Shown piece after piece: positions 8,941 through 19,732 of a stretch of DNA of 64,000 bases (positions are counted from its first letter, which is position 1; the number at the start of each line of letters is the position of its first letter). The notes beneath the pieces are model-generated. The model saw nothing but the letters and a program-made list of their open reading frames with translations, was not told where the DNA came from and searched no databases. The stretch covers positions 137,240 through 201,239 of the forward strand of contig DBGCPK010000017.1 of NCBI GenBank assembly GCA_048359995.1, in the 5' to 3' direction. Both the position numbers and the translations under genes were made by a program. The stretch comes from Bacilli bacterium (GTDB lineage: Bacteria > Bacillota_I > Bacilli_A > RFN20 > CAG-449).

Positions 8941-11649
8941 ATGAAAAAGAAAGTTATTTTGATGGTGCTTTGCTCTTTGGCGCTGGTCGGCTGTTCCGCG
9001 ACAAGAACCGACGGCGTCGAAGACGATCGATTTCCGACGACGGAGGGATCAAGCACTCCGAAAATCGACGATAACCTTGTTCGCGCAGACGAAAACTTGT
9101 CCGAAACGACGGCGATCAAGGTTCACTATGCCCGAAACGACGGCAATTATACGAACTGGGGAATATGGACTTGGCAGTATCAACCGACTTCTACCGACGG
9201 AAAGATGCTGATGTTTACCGAATCGGACGGAGTATATGGAAATTACACGACGATCGATTTGGTCAACGACAGCCGTTATAAAGGCGCGACGACGATCGGA
9301 TTTATCTGCAAAACGCATACCGGTTCCAGCGATACGACTTGGACTCCCGGAAAAACCGACATTTCCTCGGATCGCTTCATCGAAGTTCCGGAAAAGGCGC
9401 CGGAAGGAGTTTACGAAGTCTATCTCTATGAAGGCGTCGAAGAGGTGATGACTTCATTAGAAGAAGCGCTGAAAGACAAGATCGTTTCCAGCGATTTTAC
9501 CGACAAGACGACGATCGTCACGAGCCTGATTCTTTCTGCGGAGGTTTCATCGATCACCGAAGGAATGTTCCACATCTATGAAGACGGAATCGAACAGGAA
9601 TTGGCTTCGTTCTCGTATAAAGATAAAAAGGTGACCGTGCGTTTGAGCAAAGAAGCGGACATCACCAAGACCTATACGGTGAAAGTCGACTTCCCGTCGG
9701 GCGCTTTGCAGATGGACGTGGGGATATCCTGCTTTTACGACGATCAGTCCTTTATCGACAATTACACGTATTACGGCGACGATCTGGGGGTAACTTTCAA
9801 TTCGGACCATTCGACGACGACGTTTAAACTTTGGTCTCCGCTGTCGTCGAAAGTGATTCTCAACCTTTACGATTCCGGGACAACTCCGGAATACGAAGCG
9901 GAAGCGAGCAAACTCGAAGAATACGAATTTGTGCAAACCTATCCGACAAGAAAGATGGAAATGAAAAAGTGCGGGCAAGGTGTGTGGTCAATCACGGTGC
10001 CGGCCAATCTTCACGGGCGTTACTATACCTATACGATAACCAACGGCGCGACGACTTCCGAAGTGGTCGATCCGTACGCCCGTTCTTGCGGCATTGACGG
10101 AAAGCGGGGAATGGTGGTCGATTTCGATAAAATCAACGAAGAGTTGAACTGGGACGAAGTCGTAAGACCCGATCGCATTGAAGACGCAACGGATGCGAGC
10201 ATCTATGAAGTTCATGTGCGCGATGTGACGGTCGACGAAACCTCCGGAGTGGAGGCTTCCAAGCGCGGGACCTATCTCGGTTTGGCGGAGAAAGATACTT
10301 CCTATACTTCGAATGGAAAGACGGTTTCAACCGGATTGTCCAGCATCAAGGAATTGGGAGTCACCCACATTCAGTTGCAGCCGGTTTACGATTATCATTC
10401 CGTCGATGAAGCGACCAAATTAAAATACAATTGGGGTTACGATCCGGAAAATTACAATTGTCTGGAAGGATCTTATTCGACGAATCCTTGGGACGGGCTG
10501 ACTCGGATCAAAGAGTTCAAAACGATGATGAAGTCGATTTCGGAAGAAGGATTGCTCGTCAACATGGACGTGGTTTTCAATCATACGTTCGGATCCGGCG
10601 ATACCAATTTCGAAAAAATCATACCGGGGTATTACCACCGAATGAATTCCGACGGAACTTTCTCCGACGGTTCCGGTTGCGGCAACGAGATGGCTTCGGA
10701 GCGGGCGATGTATCGCAAATTCATCGTCGACTCCTGCAAATTCTGGATGAGCGAATATAACATCGCGGGATTCCGTTTCGACCTGATGGCTCTTTTGGAC
10801 ACGACGACGATGGAAACGGTGTATACGGAATGCGCGAAGATTTACGACAAGGTGATGGTTTACGGTGAACCGTGGTCGGGCGGAACTTCCACCGACACTT
10901 ACATTCAGTCGAACAAGACGACCATTCAAGGGATTAAAGGCGTCGGAGCGTTCAACGACGGATTCCGCAACGCGGTGCGCGGCGATAACTCTTTGAGCGC
11001 GGGATGGATTCAGAATTCGTCGGCTTCTACCGATTCGATCGTTCAGGGCATTTGGGGACAATTCTCCGAGAGTTTGACGAATCCTTTGAAAACGGTCAAC
11101 TACGTTTCCTGTCACGACAATTACACCTTGTTCGACCAAATCGACAGAACGGTCGGAACGACGGCGTCGACGACGCGCAAGGTCGATCAAGCCGAGCAGG
11201 CGCAAGCGATGGTATTTATGAGTCAGGGAATCTCTTTCATTCACGGAGGAGAAGAGTTTTTGAGAACGAAATCGGCGGGAACGGATCAGCAGATTCACAA
11301 CTCCTACAACGCGGGCGATGCCGTGAACAAGTTCGACTATGCCCGCAAGGCGCAATATGCCGATGTCTACGAGTTTATGAAGAAGATCATCGGAATTCGA
11401 AACGAATTTAAAGGATTCCGCCTTCCGTCTTACGATGAAATCAGCAAGGCTTTGAAAGTCACGTCGCAGACTTCGTTGATCGATTATTCGATTACATACG
11501 AAGGTAGCACGTATCGCGTGGTTTCCAACAGCGGCAGCGCTTCGACGATCGCCGATTTGTCCGGATATACTCTCTTGGCGTCGAATCAAAATCGCACATC
11601 GGGGAGCAATTCGATCGCGCAGAACGAAATCTGCGTATTCAGGAAGTAA
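8941..11649 (+). CDS. pulA: Type I pullulanase (GH13) lipoprotein
   Basis: Lipobox LVGC. YNWGYDP motif and the conserved GH13 regions. Confidence 0.9.
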   Translation: MKKKVILMVLCSLALVGCSATRTDGVEDDRFPTTEGSSTPKIDDNLVRADENLSETTAIKVHYARNDGNYTNWGIWTWQYQPTSTDGKMLMFTESDGVYGNYTTIDLVNDSRYKGATTIGFICKTHTGSSDTTWTPGKTDISSDRFIEVPEKAPEGVYEVYLYEGVEEVMTSLEEALKDKIVSSDFTDKTTIVTSLILSAEVSSITEGMFHIYEDGIEQELASFSYKDKKVTVRLSKEADITKTYTVKVDFPSGALQMDVGISCFYDDQSFIDNYTYYGDDLGVTFNSDHSTTTFKLWSPLSSKVILNLYDSGTTPEYEAEASKLEEYEFVQTYPTRKMEMKKCGQGVWSITVPANLHGRYYTYTITNGATTSEVVDPYARSCGIDGKRGMVVDFDKINEELNWDEVVRPDRIEDATDASIYEVHVRDVTVDETSGVEASKRGTYLGLAEKDTSYTSNGKTVSTGLSSIKELGVTHIQLQPVYDYHSVDEATKLKYNWGYDPENYNCLEGSYSTNPWDGLTRIKEFKTMMKSISEEGLLVNMDVVFNHTFGSGDTNFEKIIPGYYHRMNSDGTFSDGSGCGNEMASERAMYRKFIVDSCKFWMSEYNIAGFRFDLMALLDTTTMETVYTECAKIYDKVMVYGEPWSGGTSTDTYIQSNKTTIQGIKGVGAFNDGFRNAVRGDNSLSAGWIQNSSASTDSIVQGIWGQFSESLTNPLKTVNYVSCHDNYTLFDQIDRTVGTTASTTRKVDQAEQAQAMVFMSQGISFIHGGEEFLRTKSAGTDQQIHNSYNAGDAVNKFDYARKAQYADVYEFMKKIIGIRNEFKGFRLPSYDEISKALKVTSQTSLIDYSITYEGSTYRVVSNSGSASTIADLSGYTLLASNQNRTSGSNSIAQNEICVFRK

Positions 11650-11664
11650 AGGGAGGTAACGACA

Positions 11665-13140
11665 ATGAAAAAAGCATGGATTTTGACTCTTTCTCTCTTG
11701 ACTTTGATGAGTCTGAGCAATTGCTCGAAGAAGAAAAACCCTTCGAGTTCGACCGGTTCGAGCATCACGGATACTTCTTCGGGAACTTCTTCCAGTTCTT
11801 CTTATTCCGAAATCGGAAGCGAAACGGCAACCAGCCACAAGGTCGTCTTTTATACCAACATTTCGGGTAGAAAGGACATCTACGTGTTGTATCACGTCGA
11901 AGACGGTCAGAAGATCAAAAAATTCTATATGACGGAAACCGGATATAAATCTTCGCTGTGGTATTACGACGCTTTCGGCACTCGACCGTTTGATTTCGAT
12001 ACGCCGATTACCGGTGATTTAGAACTATATGCCTATCCGATGGCTTACGTTTACGATACCGAAATCAACGAATACGAAGAAACCGGCGATTACGATATAA
12101 GTTGGGTGAATTCGCCGAACTGCTCGTTCGTACTCAATGAAAACGGCACGCTTCCTTCGAAAGCCAATGGTGGGGACGTTATCGAATTCGCAATCTCGTA
12201 TTCTTATTTCGCCATCAGTGAAGCGACGGTAAAAATCGACGATAAAGTGGTTTTGCCGGACGCACGGGGAGTGTACACTCTTCTCGTTTCCGGAGATCAT
12301 ACGATCGTTTCTTCGGGCGTCGAAGTCGGAGAAATCGGCATCACCAGCGCATACACGCTTTGCGTGGGGACGCGTTCCTATAAAATGACCTATCATACCG
12401 GCGATTACGGAAGCGAGTATATGGTTACCGGTGTTCCGATGGAGAAAGGAGACACGTTCTACGTTGAAGATGTAAGCGGGGTCAAATACCGCAAGGTGGA
12501 AAATTCCGGATTCGAAAACGGATTCATCGCGCCGAGAAAAGGTAACTACGACTTCTATTTCAAAGAAGAATCCCAGATGACTTGGGTGACGATCCCGTCG
12601 GCTGTTTATTCTTATACCATCGCCGGCGGAAGCGAAGTGACGATGACTTCTTCGCGCGCCGATGTCCAATTGACTTCCGGAGCGGTTCTCGAAGTCTATA
12701 TGGACGGAGACACTCTTTTGACGACGTATACCGCCGCGAAAGACGGAAAGTACACCATCGTCGTCAACGGAGAAACGGCGACTGTGAGGGAGTATTCCGA
12801 TCAGCCGATCTCCTACACCTATTATTTAAAACCGAATTCCAACTGGCTGATGGACAATGCGAGATTTGCCGCCTATCTTTGGGGAAGCACGGGGAATACT
12901 TGGGTTGACCTGACTTTGGACAGCGGCGATATATACGCGCTGACATTGACGGAGGATCAGGTGACAACATACAATACGGGGTTGATCTTCTGCCGAATGA
13001 ATCCTTCGACTACGCTCAACAATTGGGATAATAAATGGAATCAAACGGGCGATTTAGCCATTCCGACCGACGGAACGAATCTCTACACCGTGGCAGCCGG
13101 CACGTGGGATAATGGCGGAGGCTCCTGGTCCGTTCGTTAA
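11665..13140 (+). CDS. Surface lipoprotein with Ser/Thr-rich linker; putative glycan-binding partner of the pullulanase
   Basis: Lipobox LSNC followed by a low-complexity S/T stretch. Beta-rich and aromatic-rich. 15 nt downstream of pulA. Confidence 0.5.
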   Translation: MKKAWILTLSLLTLMSLSNCSKKKNPSSSTGSSITDTSSGTSSSSSYSEIGSETATSHKVVFYTNISGRKDIYVLYHVEDGQKIKKFYMTETGYKSSLWYYDAFGTRPFDFDTPITGDLELYAYPMAYVYDTEINEYEETGDYDISWVNSPNCSFVLNENGTLPSKANGGDVIEFAISYSYFAISEATVKIDDKVVLPDARGVYTLLVSGDHTIVSSGVEVGEIGITSAYTLCVGTRSYKMTYHTGDYGSEYMVTGVPMEKGDTFYVEDVSGVKYRKVENSGFENGFIAPRKGNYDFYFKEESQMTWVTIPSAVYSYTIAGGSEVTMTSSRADVQLTSGAVLEVYMDGDTLLTTYTAAKDGKYTIVVNGETATVREYSDQPISYTYYLKPNSNWLMDNARFAAYLWGSTGNTWVDLTLDSGDIYALTLTEDQVTTYNTGLIFCRMNPSTTLNNWDNKWNQTGDLAIPTDGTNLYTVAAGTWDNGGGSWSVR

Positions 13141-13258
13141 GACTCAAAATGGATATTGCGAAATATCCATTTTTTATTTGTCGAAATTGCATTTTTGCGA
13201 TGAAGGTGCTACGATAAAATATCATTTGAATGCGGCGATTATGAAAGGAGAGCAAACG

Positions 13259-15049
13259 ATGAAGGAAATGATTCAGTCGATAAAAAGTTGCTGGAAAGAG
13301 ACGATATTTACTCCGTTGCTCATGATCGGAGAAGTTTTGATGGAAGTTTTGATCCCTTATGTCGTCAGCGTCTTGCTGGGATTTTTATATATCATCAATC
13401 AAAATCCGGCACAGGCCGGGAATCTGGCTCTTCGAATTTACGAATCGTTGCAGCCGAAGCTCGGAAATCTCGCGCTCATCTCTTTCGCCGGACTGGCCAT
13501 CGTGATCTGCTCGGCCGTCTCTTTGGTATTTGGCGTTGCCGGCGCGAAAGTCGGTGCAAAAGCGGGAGCAAAATTCGCTCGGAGTTTGAGAGAGAATATG
13601 TATCGGAACATTCAGGAATTCTCCTTCGAGAATATCGATAAGTTTCAGACTTCCTCGCTGATCACGCGTTTGACGACCGATGTTACCAACGTTCAGCAGG
13701 CTTTCGTAATGCTGATCCGGACTTTTGTCCGTTCGCCGATTATGTTCGTCCTTTCGCTGATCATGTGCCTTTCGACCAATGCCGATCTTTCGATCATCTT
13801 CGCGATCGCGATTCCGGTTCTCCTCGTCAGTTTGCTTTGGATCGCGATGTCGGCGCATCCGATCTTTCGCAAAATGTTCGACAAATACGACGCGATGAAC
13901 GAACGGTTGCAGGAAAATCTCATCGGCATCCGCGTCGTGAAATCCTTTAATCGGGAGGATTTCGAAATCGAAAAATTCAATAAGAGCAAAGATGAAATAA
14001 GAGATTTAGGGATCGCGGCCGAGAAAATTCTGGTCTTCAACGGTCCGATCATGAATTTGGTGATGTACGCGAGCAACTTGGCCGTGTGTTATTTCGGGAC
14101 GAAAGGATTCATTATCAAGGGGACGATGGGTGTTCCGGACCTGAACTTGTATCTCTCTTACTGCACGCAGATTCTCAGTTCTCTGATGACGGTTTCGATG
14201 ATGTTCGTCATGGTCGTGATGTCGAAAGCCAGCGTCAACCGAATCAGCGAGGTTCTTCGGGAAAAATCCGCGTTGACGAACAAAGAAAATCCGATTTTCG
14301 ACATTCCCAACGGCGATATCGATTTTGAAAACGTCGATTTTTCCTATACGCGCGATCCGGAAAATCTGAATCTCGAAAACGTAAATCTCCATATCCGTTC
14401 CGGAGAGATGATCGGCGTCATCGGCGGAACGGGTTCGAGCAAAACCACGCTCGTGAGCCTGATTCCTCGACTATACGACGCTTTGAAAGGGACGGTAAAG
14501 GTCGGCGGCGTCGACGTGAGGGATTACGACTTGGAAGCTTTGCGCAACAGCGTCGCGGTCGTTTTGCAGAAAAATGTGCTGTTTTCCGGCACGATACGAG
14601 AGAACCTGAAATGGGGAAACGAGAACGCCGACGACGAAGAAATTCTGGAAGCCTGCAAAAACGCGCAAGCCTATGATTTCGTTCTGCACTCTCCGGACGG
14701 ACTCGATACCGATTTGGGGCAAGGCGGATGCAATGTGTCCGGCGGGCAAAAACAGCGTCTCTGCATTGCCAGAGCCCTTTTGAAAAAACCGAAAGTGCTG
14801 ATTCTCGACGATTCCACCAGCGCGGTCGACACGAAAACGGACGCTTTGATCCGCGCGTCGTTGAGGAAGAACGTGCCGCAGATCACCAAAATCATCATCG
14901 CTCAACGGATGAATTCGATTATGGACGCCGATCGGATACTCGTCCTCGACGAAGGAAAGATCAACGGATTCGGCACGCACGAAGAATTGATGAAGTCCAA
15001 TAAAATTTATCAGGACGTTTACGCTTCGCAGATGAAGGGGGAAGAATAG
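13259..15049 (+). CDS. ABC exporter, fused permease-ATPase subunit 1
   Basis: Six-TM N-terminal domain. Walker A GGTGSSKTT, signature LSGGQKQRL, Walker B ILDD. Confidence 0.9.
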   Translation: MKEMIQSIKSCWKETIFTPLLMIGEVLMEVLIPYVVSVLLGFLYIINQNPAQAGNLALRIYESLQPKLGNLALISFAGLAIVICSAVSLVFGVAGAKVGAKAGAKFARSLRENMYRNIQEFSFENIDKFQTSSLITRLTTDVTNVQQAFVMLIRTFVRSPIMFVLSLIMCLSTNADLSIIFAIAIPVLLVSLLWIAMSAHPIFRKMFDKYDAMNERLQENLIGIRVVKSFNREDFEIEKFNKSKDEIRDLGIAAEKILVFNGPIMNLVMYASNLAVCYFGTKGFIIKGTMGVPDLNLYLSYCTQILSSLMTVSMMFVMVVMSKASVNRISEVLREKSALTNKENPIFDIPNGDIDFENVDFSYTRDPENLNLENVNLHIRSGEMIGVIGGTGSSKTTLVSLIPRLYDALKGTVKVGGVDVRDYDLEALRNSVAVVLQKNVLFSGTIRENLKWGNENADDEEILEACKNAQAYDFVLHSPDGLDTDLGQGGCNVSGGQKQRLCIARALLKKPKVLILDDSTSAVDTKTDALIRASLRKNVPQITKIIIAQRMNSIMDADRILVLDEGKINGFGTHEELMKSNKIYQDVYASQMKGEE

Positions 15050-15050
15050 T

Positions 15051-16979
15051 ATGGCGCGGCAAGTTTTAAGAGGTACGGCTCGCCCGAAAAACGGAAAGAA
15101 AACCTTTTTCCGCCTGATAGCTTATTTCAAAAAGCATCTGTGGCAGTTTGCGATCGTCATTCTGATGATCGTGGTACAGGCGCTGACGTCGCTTTTCGCC
15201 GTCCGCTGCCTCAACGTTTTGATCGACGTCGACATCCCGAATTTGATCGACGCCACCAACGGCGTGCTGGGAGTCGATCTGAATGCGGCGGTCAAAGCTT
15301 TCAACCGAGAAATTCTTTTGATGGGAGTCATCTACCTTTTCAGCATCGTATCGACCTACGTTTACAATCTCCTGATGGCGTATATATCCAGAAGCATTTT
15401 GGCCGAAATCCGCGGCGATATCTTCGTCCATATGGAAAAACTACCCGTTCGCTTTTTCGATAGTCACACGCACGGCGAACTGATGAGTTATTATACCAAC
15501 GACGTCGACGCAATCCGTCAAATGCTCTCTCAGGCGATCCCGCAGATTATTTCCAGCGTGATTACGGTGGTTTCCACTTTCATATATATGCTAATCGCCT
15601 CTTTGGAATTGACTTTGGTATGCGTGGTTATGGTGGTCGTCATTCTCTTGGCTTCCTCGAAGATCGCCAAGAGTTCGGGAAAATATTTCGTGCTTCAACA
15701 GGCGGACTTGGGAAGACTCAACGGATATATCGAGGAGATGATTGAAGGTCAGAAGGTCATCAAAGTCTTCTGCCATGAGAAAAAAGCCAACGAAGATTTT
15801 GACCGAATCAACGAAGATCTGACTGTCTCTTACGCCAAAGCCAACGGCGCGGCTTTTGCTTTCGGACCGTTGACCAACAATCTCAACCATATTCACTACG
15901 CGGTTACCGCTTTGGTCGGCGCCGTTATGATGGTGATGAATTTCAGCTTATTGCCGAGTCAGTCGATGAGCGCGGGATTGTTGATCTCGTTCCTGATTCT
16001 GACGAGACAGTTCGGAATGCCGATTTCGCAAATTTCTCAGCAATTCAATTCCATTATCGTCGCTTTGGCTTCCAGCGAAAGGGTGTTTTCCGTCATCGAT
16101 ATGCCTCCTGAAAAAGACGAAGGTTACGTAACGTTGACTTACGGAAAAAAGGACGAATCGGGAAATATCACCGAAACGGTGGAGAAAACGCCGCTTCCGC
16201 TTTGGAAGCATCCGCATTCGGACGGTACGGTAACGTTGGAAGTCGTCAAGGGAGACGTCGTCTTCGATCACGTCGATTTCGGTTACGACGAACGGAAGCA
16301 GATTCTCCACGACATTTCGCTTTACGCCAAGCCGGGACAAAAAATCGCTTTTGTCGGTTCGACAGGCGCGGGAAAGACGACGATCACCAACTTGATCAAC
16401 CGCTTTTACGACGTGCAGGACGGAAAGATCCGCATCGACGGCATCAATATCAACAAAATTCGGAAGTCCGATCTGAGAAGAACGCAGTCGATCGTCCTTC
16501 AAGATACGCATTTGTTTTCCGACACGGTGTTGGAAAATATCCGTTACGGTCGGCTGGACGCCACAGATGAAGAGTGCATCCGCGCGGCGAAATTAGCGAA
16601 CGCGCACTACTTCATCTCGCATCTTCCGGAGGGCTATCATACGATGTTGGTGAACGACGCGGGAAATTTGTCGCAAGGGCAACGGCAATTGATCGCCATC
16701 GCCCGCGCCGCCGTAGCCAATCCGGCGATTCTGATCCTCGATGAGGCAACATCGTCGATCGATACGAGAACGGAGAGGTTGATCGAAAAAGGCATGGATC
16801 AGTTGATGGAAGGAAGAACCGTGTTTGTCATCGCCCATCGCCTTTCGACGGTGAGAAATTCGCAAGCCATCATGGTTTTGGAAAACGGAAGAATCATCGA
16901 AAGAGGCGATCACGAGTCATTGATTCGTCAAAACGGCAAATACTATCAATTGTATACGGGAGCATTCGAGTTGGATTAG
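15051..16979 (+). CDS. ABC exporter, fused permease-ATPase subunit 2 (heterodimer partner)
   Basis: Walker A GSTGAGKTT, signature LSQGQRQ, Walker B ILDEATS. Confidence 0.9.
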   Translation: MARQVLRGTARPKNGKKTFFRLIAYFKKHLWQFAIVILMIVVQALTSLFAVRCLNVLIDVDIPNLIDATNGVLGVDLNAAVKAFNREILLMGVIYLFSIVSTYVYNLLMAYISRSILAEIRGDIFVHMEKLPVRFFDSHTHGELMSYYTNDVDAIRQMLSQAIPQIISSVITVVSTFIYMLIASLELTLVCVVMVVVILLASSKIAKSSGKYFVLQQADLGRLNGYIEEMIEGQKVIKVFCHEKKANEDFDRINEDLTVSYAKANGAAFAFGPLTNNLNHIHYAVTALVGAVMMVMNFSLLPSQSMSAGLLISFLILTRQFGMPISQISQQFNSIIVALASSERVFSVIDMPPEKDEGYVTLTYGKKDESGNITETVEKTPLPLWKHPHSDGTVTLEVVKGDVVFDHVDFGYDERKQILHDISLYAKPGQKIAFVGSTGAGKTTITNLINRFYDVQDGKIRIDGININKIRKSDLRRTQSIVLQDTHLFSDTVLENIRYGRLDATDEECIRAAKLANAHYFISHLPEGYHTMLVNDAGNLSQGQRQLIAIARAAVANPAILILDEATSSIDTRTERLIEKGMDQLMEGRTVFVIAHRLSTVRNSQAIMVLENGRIIERGDHESLIRQNGKYYQLYTGAFELD

Positions 16980-16991
16980 GAGGAACGAAAG

Positions 16992-17912
16992 ATGCTAGTC
17001 AAAATTTCGGAAGAAGTGCAAAGAGCCTTGAAAGAAGGACTACCGGTCGTGGCTTTGGAGTCGACGATCATTTCGCATGGTATGCCTTATCCCGAGAATG
17101 TGGAGACGGCGTTGAAAGTCGAAGAGATCATACGCGAAAACGGTGCGATTCCGGCGACGATCGGCATCATCGAAGGAGTTCCGATCGTGGGAATGAGTCC
17201 GGAAGAAATCGAGGAATTCGGAAAGAGAAAAGGGATTCTGAAAGCGTCGCGAAGAGACGTTCCGGTCATCATGAGCAAAAAAGCGTGGGGAGCGACGACG
17301 GTCGCCACGACGATGATTTTCGCTTCTTATGCCGGCATCGAAGTTTTTGTAACCGGAGGAATCGGCGGCGTTCACAAGAACGCTCCGCAGACCTTCGACA
17401 TCTCCGCGGATTTGCAAGAATTGGCGCATACCGATGTGACGGTCGTCTGCGCCGGCGCGAAAGCGATACTGGATCTGCCTTTGACGTTGGAGTATCTGGA
17501 AACGTTCGGCGTTCCGGTTTTGGGATACCGATCGGATCATCTCGGCGCATTTTATTCGTCTGATTCCGGATTGAACGTCGATTATCGGGCGGACAGCCCG
17601 GAAGAGATCGCCCGAACGATTCTTTACAAAAGAAAACTGGGTCTCAAAGGCGGGATTTTGATCTCCAATCCGATTCCGAAAGAGCATGAAATTCCGAACG
17701 AAAAGATCAATGCGTTCATCGAATCGGCATTGAAAGACGCCGAAGAGAATCGCATTCACGGAAAGGATATCACCCCTTATCTTCTTTCCCACATCAAAGA
17801 ACAAACGCACGGCGAATCCCTGAAAGCGAATATTCAGTTGGTCTATCACAATGCGAAAGTCGGCGCTTGCATCGCCAAAGCCTACGCGGAAATTCAAAAG
17901 AAAGAAGTATAG
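16992..17912 (+). CDS. psuG: Pseudouridine-5'-phosphate glycosidase
   Basis: Indigoidine synthase A-like family: LESTIISHGMPYP and VFVTGGIGGVH. Confidence 0.85.
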   Translation: MLVKISEEVQRALKEGLPVVALESTIISHGMPYPENVETALKVEEIIRENGAIPATIGIIEGVPIVGMSPEEIEEFGKRKGILKASRRDVPVIMSKKAWGATTVATTMIFASYAGIEVFVTGGIGGVHKNAPQTFDISADLQELAHTDVTVVCAGAKAILDLPLTLEYLETFGVPVLGYRSDHLGAFYSSDSGLNVDYRADSPEEIARTILYKRKLGLKGGILISNPIPKEHEIPNEKINAFIESALKDAEENRIHGKDITPYLLSHIKEQTHGESLKANIQLVYHNAKVGACIAKAYAEIQKKEV

Positions 17913-17941
17913 AACGGAATCAAATTATCGCAACCTGAGTT

Positions 17942-18931
17942 TCATAAATGTCGATTCAGATAATCTTCGATCAAAAGACATTCTTTTTCGGAGGCCTTTT
18001 TTCGGCATTCTTCCGATGTATCTGCCGAAATTCCGACGATTTCATCGCCCCAGAAAGATTCGGTTACCTGATATTTTCCGCCTGTTTCTTCGATGACGTC
18101 GTTGACGAAAACGGCCATATCGATTTTTTCTCCGTTTCGATAAGTCACGATGGTCGGCACTCTTCCGTTGCGATAGGAATCGAACTGAAAATGCGATTTG
18201 AATTGAGTCCATTCTTCCGTACTGCGGATTTCTCCGACTTCGAACAGCGTCAGTTCTTTTCCGTTTTCCGCGAGATAATCGTCGAGAAAACGGCTTTTGA
18301 ATTCCTGACAATCCGGGCAGTCATACCAAGAAAAGAGAATGCTGACTTCGGACGAACTCTGGATCATTTGTTCGATTTTAGACGATGAAAGCGAATTGAA
18401 ACGGTACATAATTTCCTCCCCGTAATAGTCGTATACTTCTGTATCGTTGCCGATGAAGTAAGGAGATGTCGAGCAGTATTTTCCGATCTGTTCGGAAAAA
18501 GATTTGGCAGAAGCGTAAATCTTCGGATCGTATTCGATATAACGGACATCTTTTCCGTCGTCGAAGAGCAACAGTGAAGCGCTGGTAACGATGCTTCTGA
18601 TGCGATATTCTTCGTCATCGGAAAGGAGTTCGGCCGTCTTCCGATATTCTTGAATTTCAATCCAGTAGATCGGAAAAGAGTTTTTTCGGATAAACGATTT
18701 CATCGGCTCTTTGATGCTTTGGCAGGTCTCGCAACCGACCTGTGCGATCGCCAAAACGAAATCTTTTTTCTGCGCGATCAAATCCAGCAAATCTCCGCTG
18801 TCGGTGTAAATGAACGTATCGAGCTGATTTACGCGATCGACAAACATCGTCGCCTCGTTCTTTTTCGAAGAACAGGAAAAAAGAAAGAGAAAATTCAGAA
18901 CGACGAAACATCGAAAAAACTTTTGAAACAT
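17942..18931 (-). CDS. Lipoprotein with two thioredoxin-like CxxC segments
   Basis: Lipobox LFSCSS. CETC and CPDC motifs about 130 aa apart. Confidence 0.5.
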   Translation of the reverse strand: MFQKFFRCFVVLNFLFLFSCSSKKNEATMFVDRVNQLDTFIYTDSGDLLDLIAQKKDFVLAIAQVGCETCQSIKEPMKSFIRKNSFPIYWIEIQEYRKTAELLSDDEEYRIRSIVTSASLLLFDDGKDVRYIEYDPKIYASAKSFSEQIGKYCSTSPYFIGNDTEVYDYYGEEIMYRFNSLSSSKIEQMIQSSSEVSILFSWYDCPDCQEFKSRFLDDYLAENGKELTLFEVGEIRSTEEWTQFKSHFQFDSYRNGRVPTIVTYRNGEKIDMAVFVNDVIEETGGKYQVTESFWGDEIVGISADTSEECRKKASEKECLLIEDYLNRHL

Positions 18932-19060
18932 AAAAGAACCTCTTTTTCATTATAGCACTTCGGAAAACGGTGCGAAACAGTTTCTTTTCGGATTTTATTT
19001 TACATCTTTCGACTTTTCACCGTGATACATTACTGGTGAAAGGGAAATTCGGAGGGAAAA

Positions 19061-19609
19061 ATGAATAATCAGGATTACGAAGTGTTTCTTTTGGCGCGGA
19101 ACTACGCCGATCGGGGAGATTACGAAAAAGCGGTCGAGTTGCTGGAACTTCTTTCGCGAAAGGGAAACCGAAAAGCGATTTTCGAACTGGCGATGCTTTA
19201 CAACGATTTTCAGCCGGAAATTCATCGCCACAAAGCGGTCAATCTGTTCACTCTCGCGGGCGAACTAGGGTATCCGGACAGTTATTATTATTTGGGAAAG
19301 ATCTATTATGAAAAGAAAGAATACGCGGAAGCCTATCGCTTTTTCGAAAAAGGGAAGACCAAAGCGGAAAGCCACCTCTATTTGGGAAAAATCATTTTGG
19401 AAACGCAGTTGAAAAACGTATCCAAAAGAGTCGCTTTCGTGAATTTTCTGGAAGGAAGCAAGAGAAAGGTATACGAATGCGACTACTATCTGGCAATATG
19501 CTATCGTTTCGGTTATGGAATCCGAAAAGACGCGCAGAAAGCGGAATTCTACTTGAAAAAGGCACAGGCGCATCGAATCGACGACAGTTATCATCTTTTG
19601 AAAAACTGA
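19061..19609 (+). CDS. Sel1/TPR-like repeat protein
   Basis: Repeated A-x-YYLG/LYLGKIY helical repeats. No signal peptide. Confidence 0.55.
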   Translation: MNNQDYEVFLLARNYADRGDYEKAVELLELLSRKGNRKAIFELAMLYNDFQPEIHRHKAVNLFTLAGELGYPDSYYYLGKIYYEKKEYAEAYRFFEKGKTKAESHLYLGKIILETQLKNVSKRVAFVNFLEGSKRKVYECDYYLAICYRFGYGIRKDAQKAEFYLKKAQAHRIDDSYHLLKN

Positions 19610-19732
19610 TCGAAGCGAAATGATTCGATAATTCTTTACTTATTTCTTTTAATATTCCGTCACAAAACATTGAAATTCACCGGAGATTATGGCACAATTT
19701 TAGTTGTGGTAAAGAAAGGATTACTGACAGTT

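Noticed and set aside
10420-11895. 491-aa minus-strand ORF overlapping the pullulanase
   Set aside because: Arg-rich, low-complexity antisense translation of a GC-skewed coding region. The pullulanase call is unambiguous.
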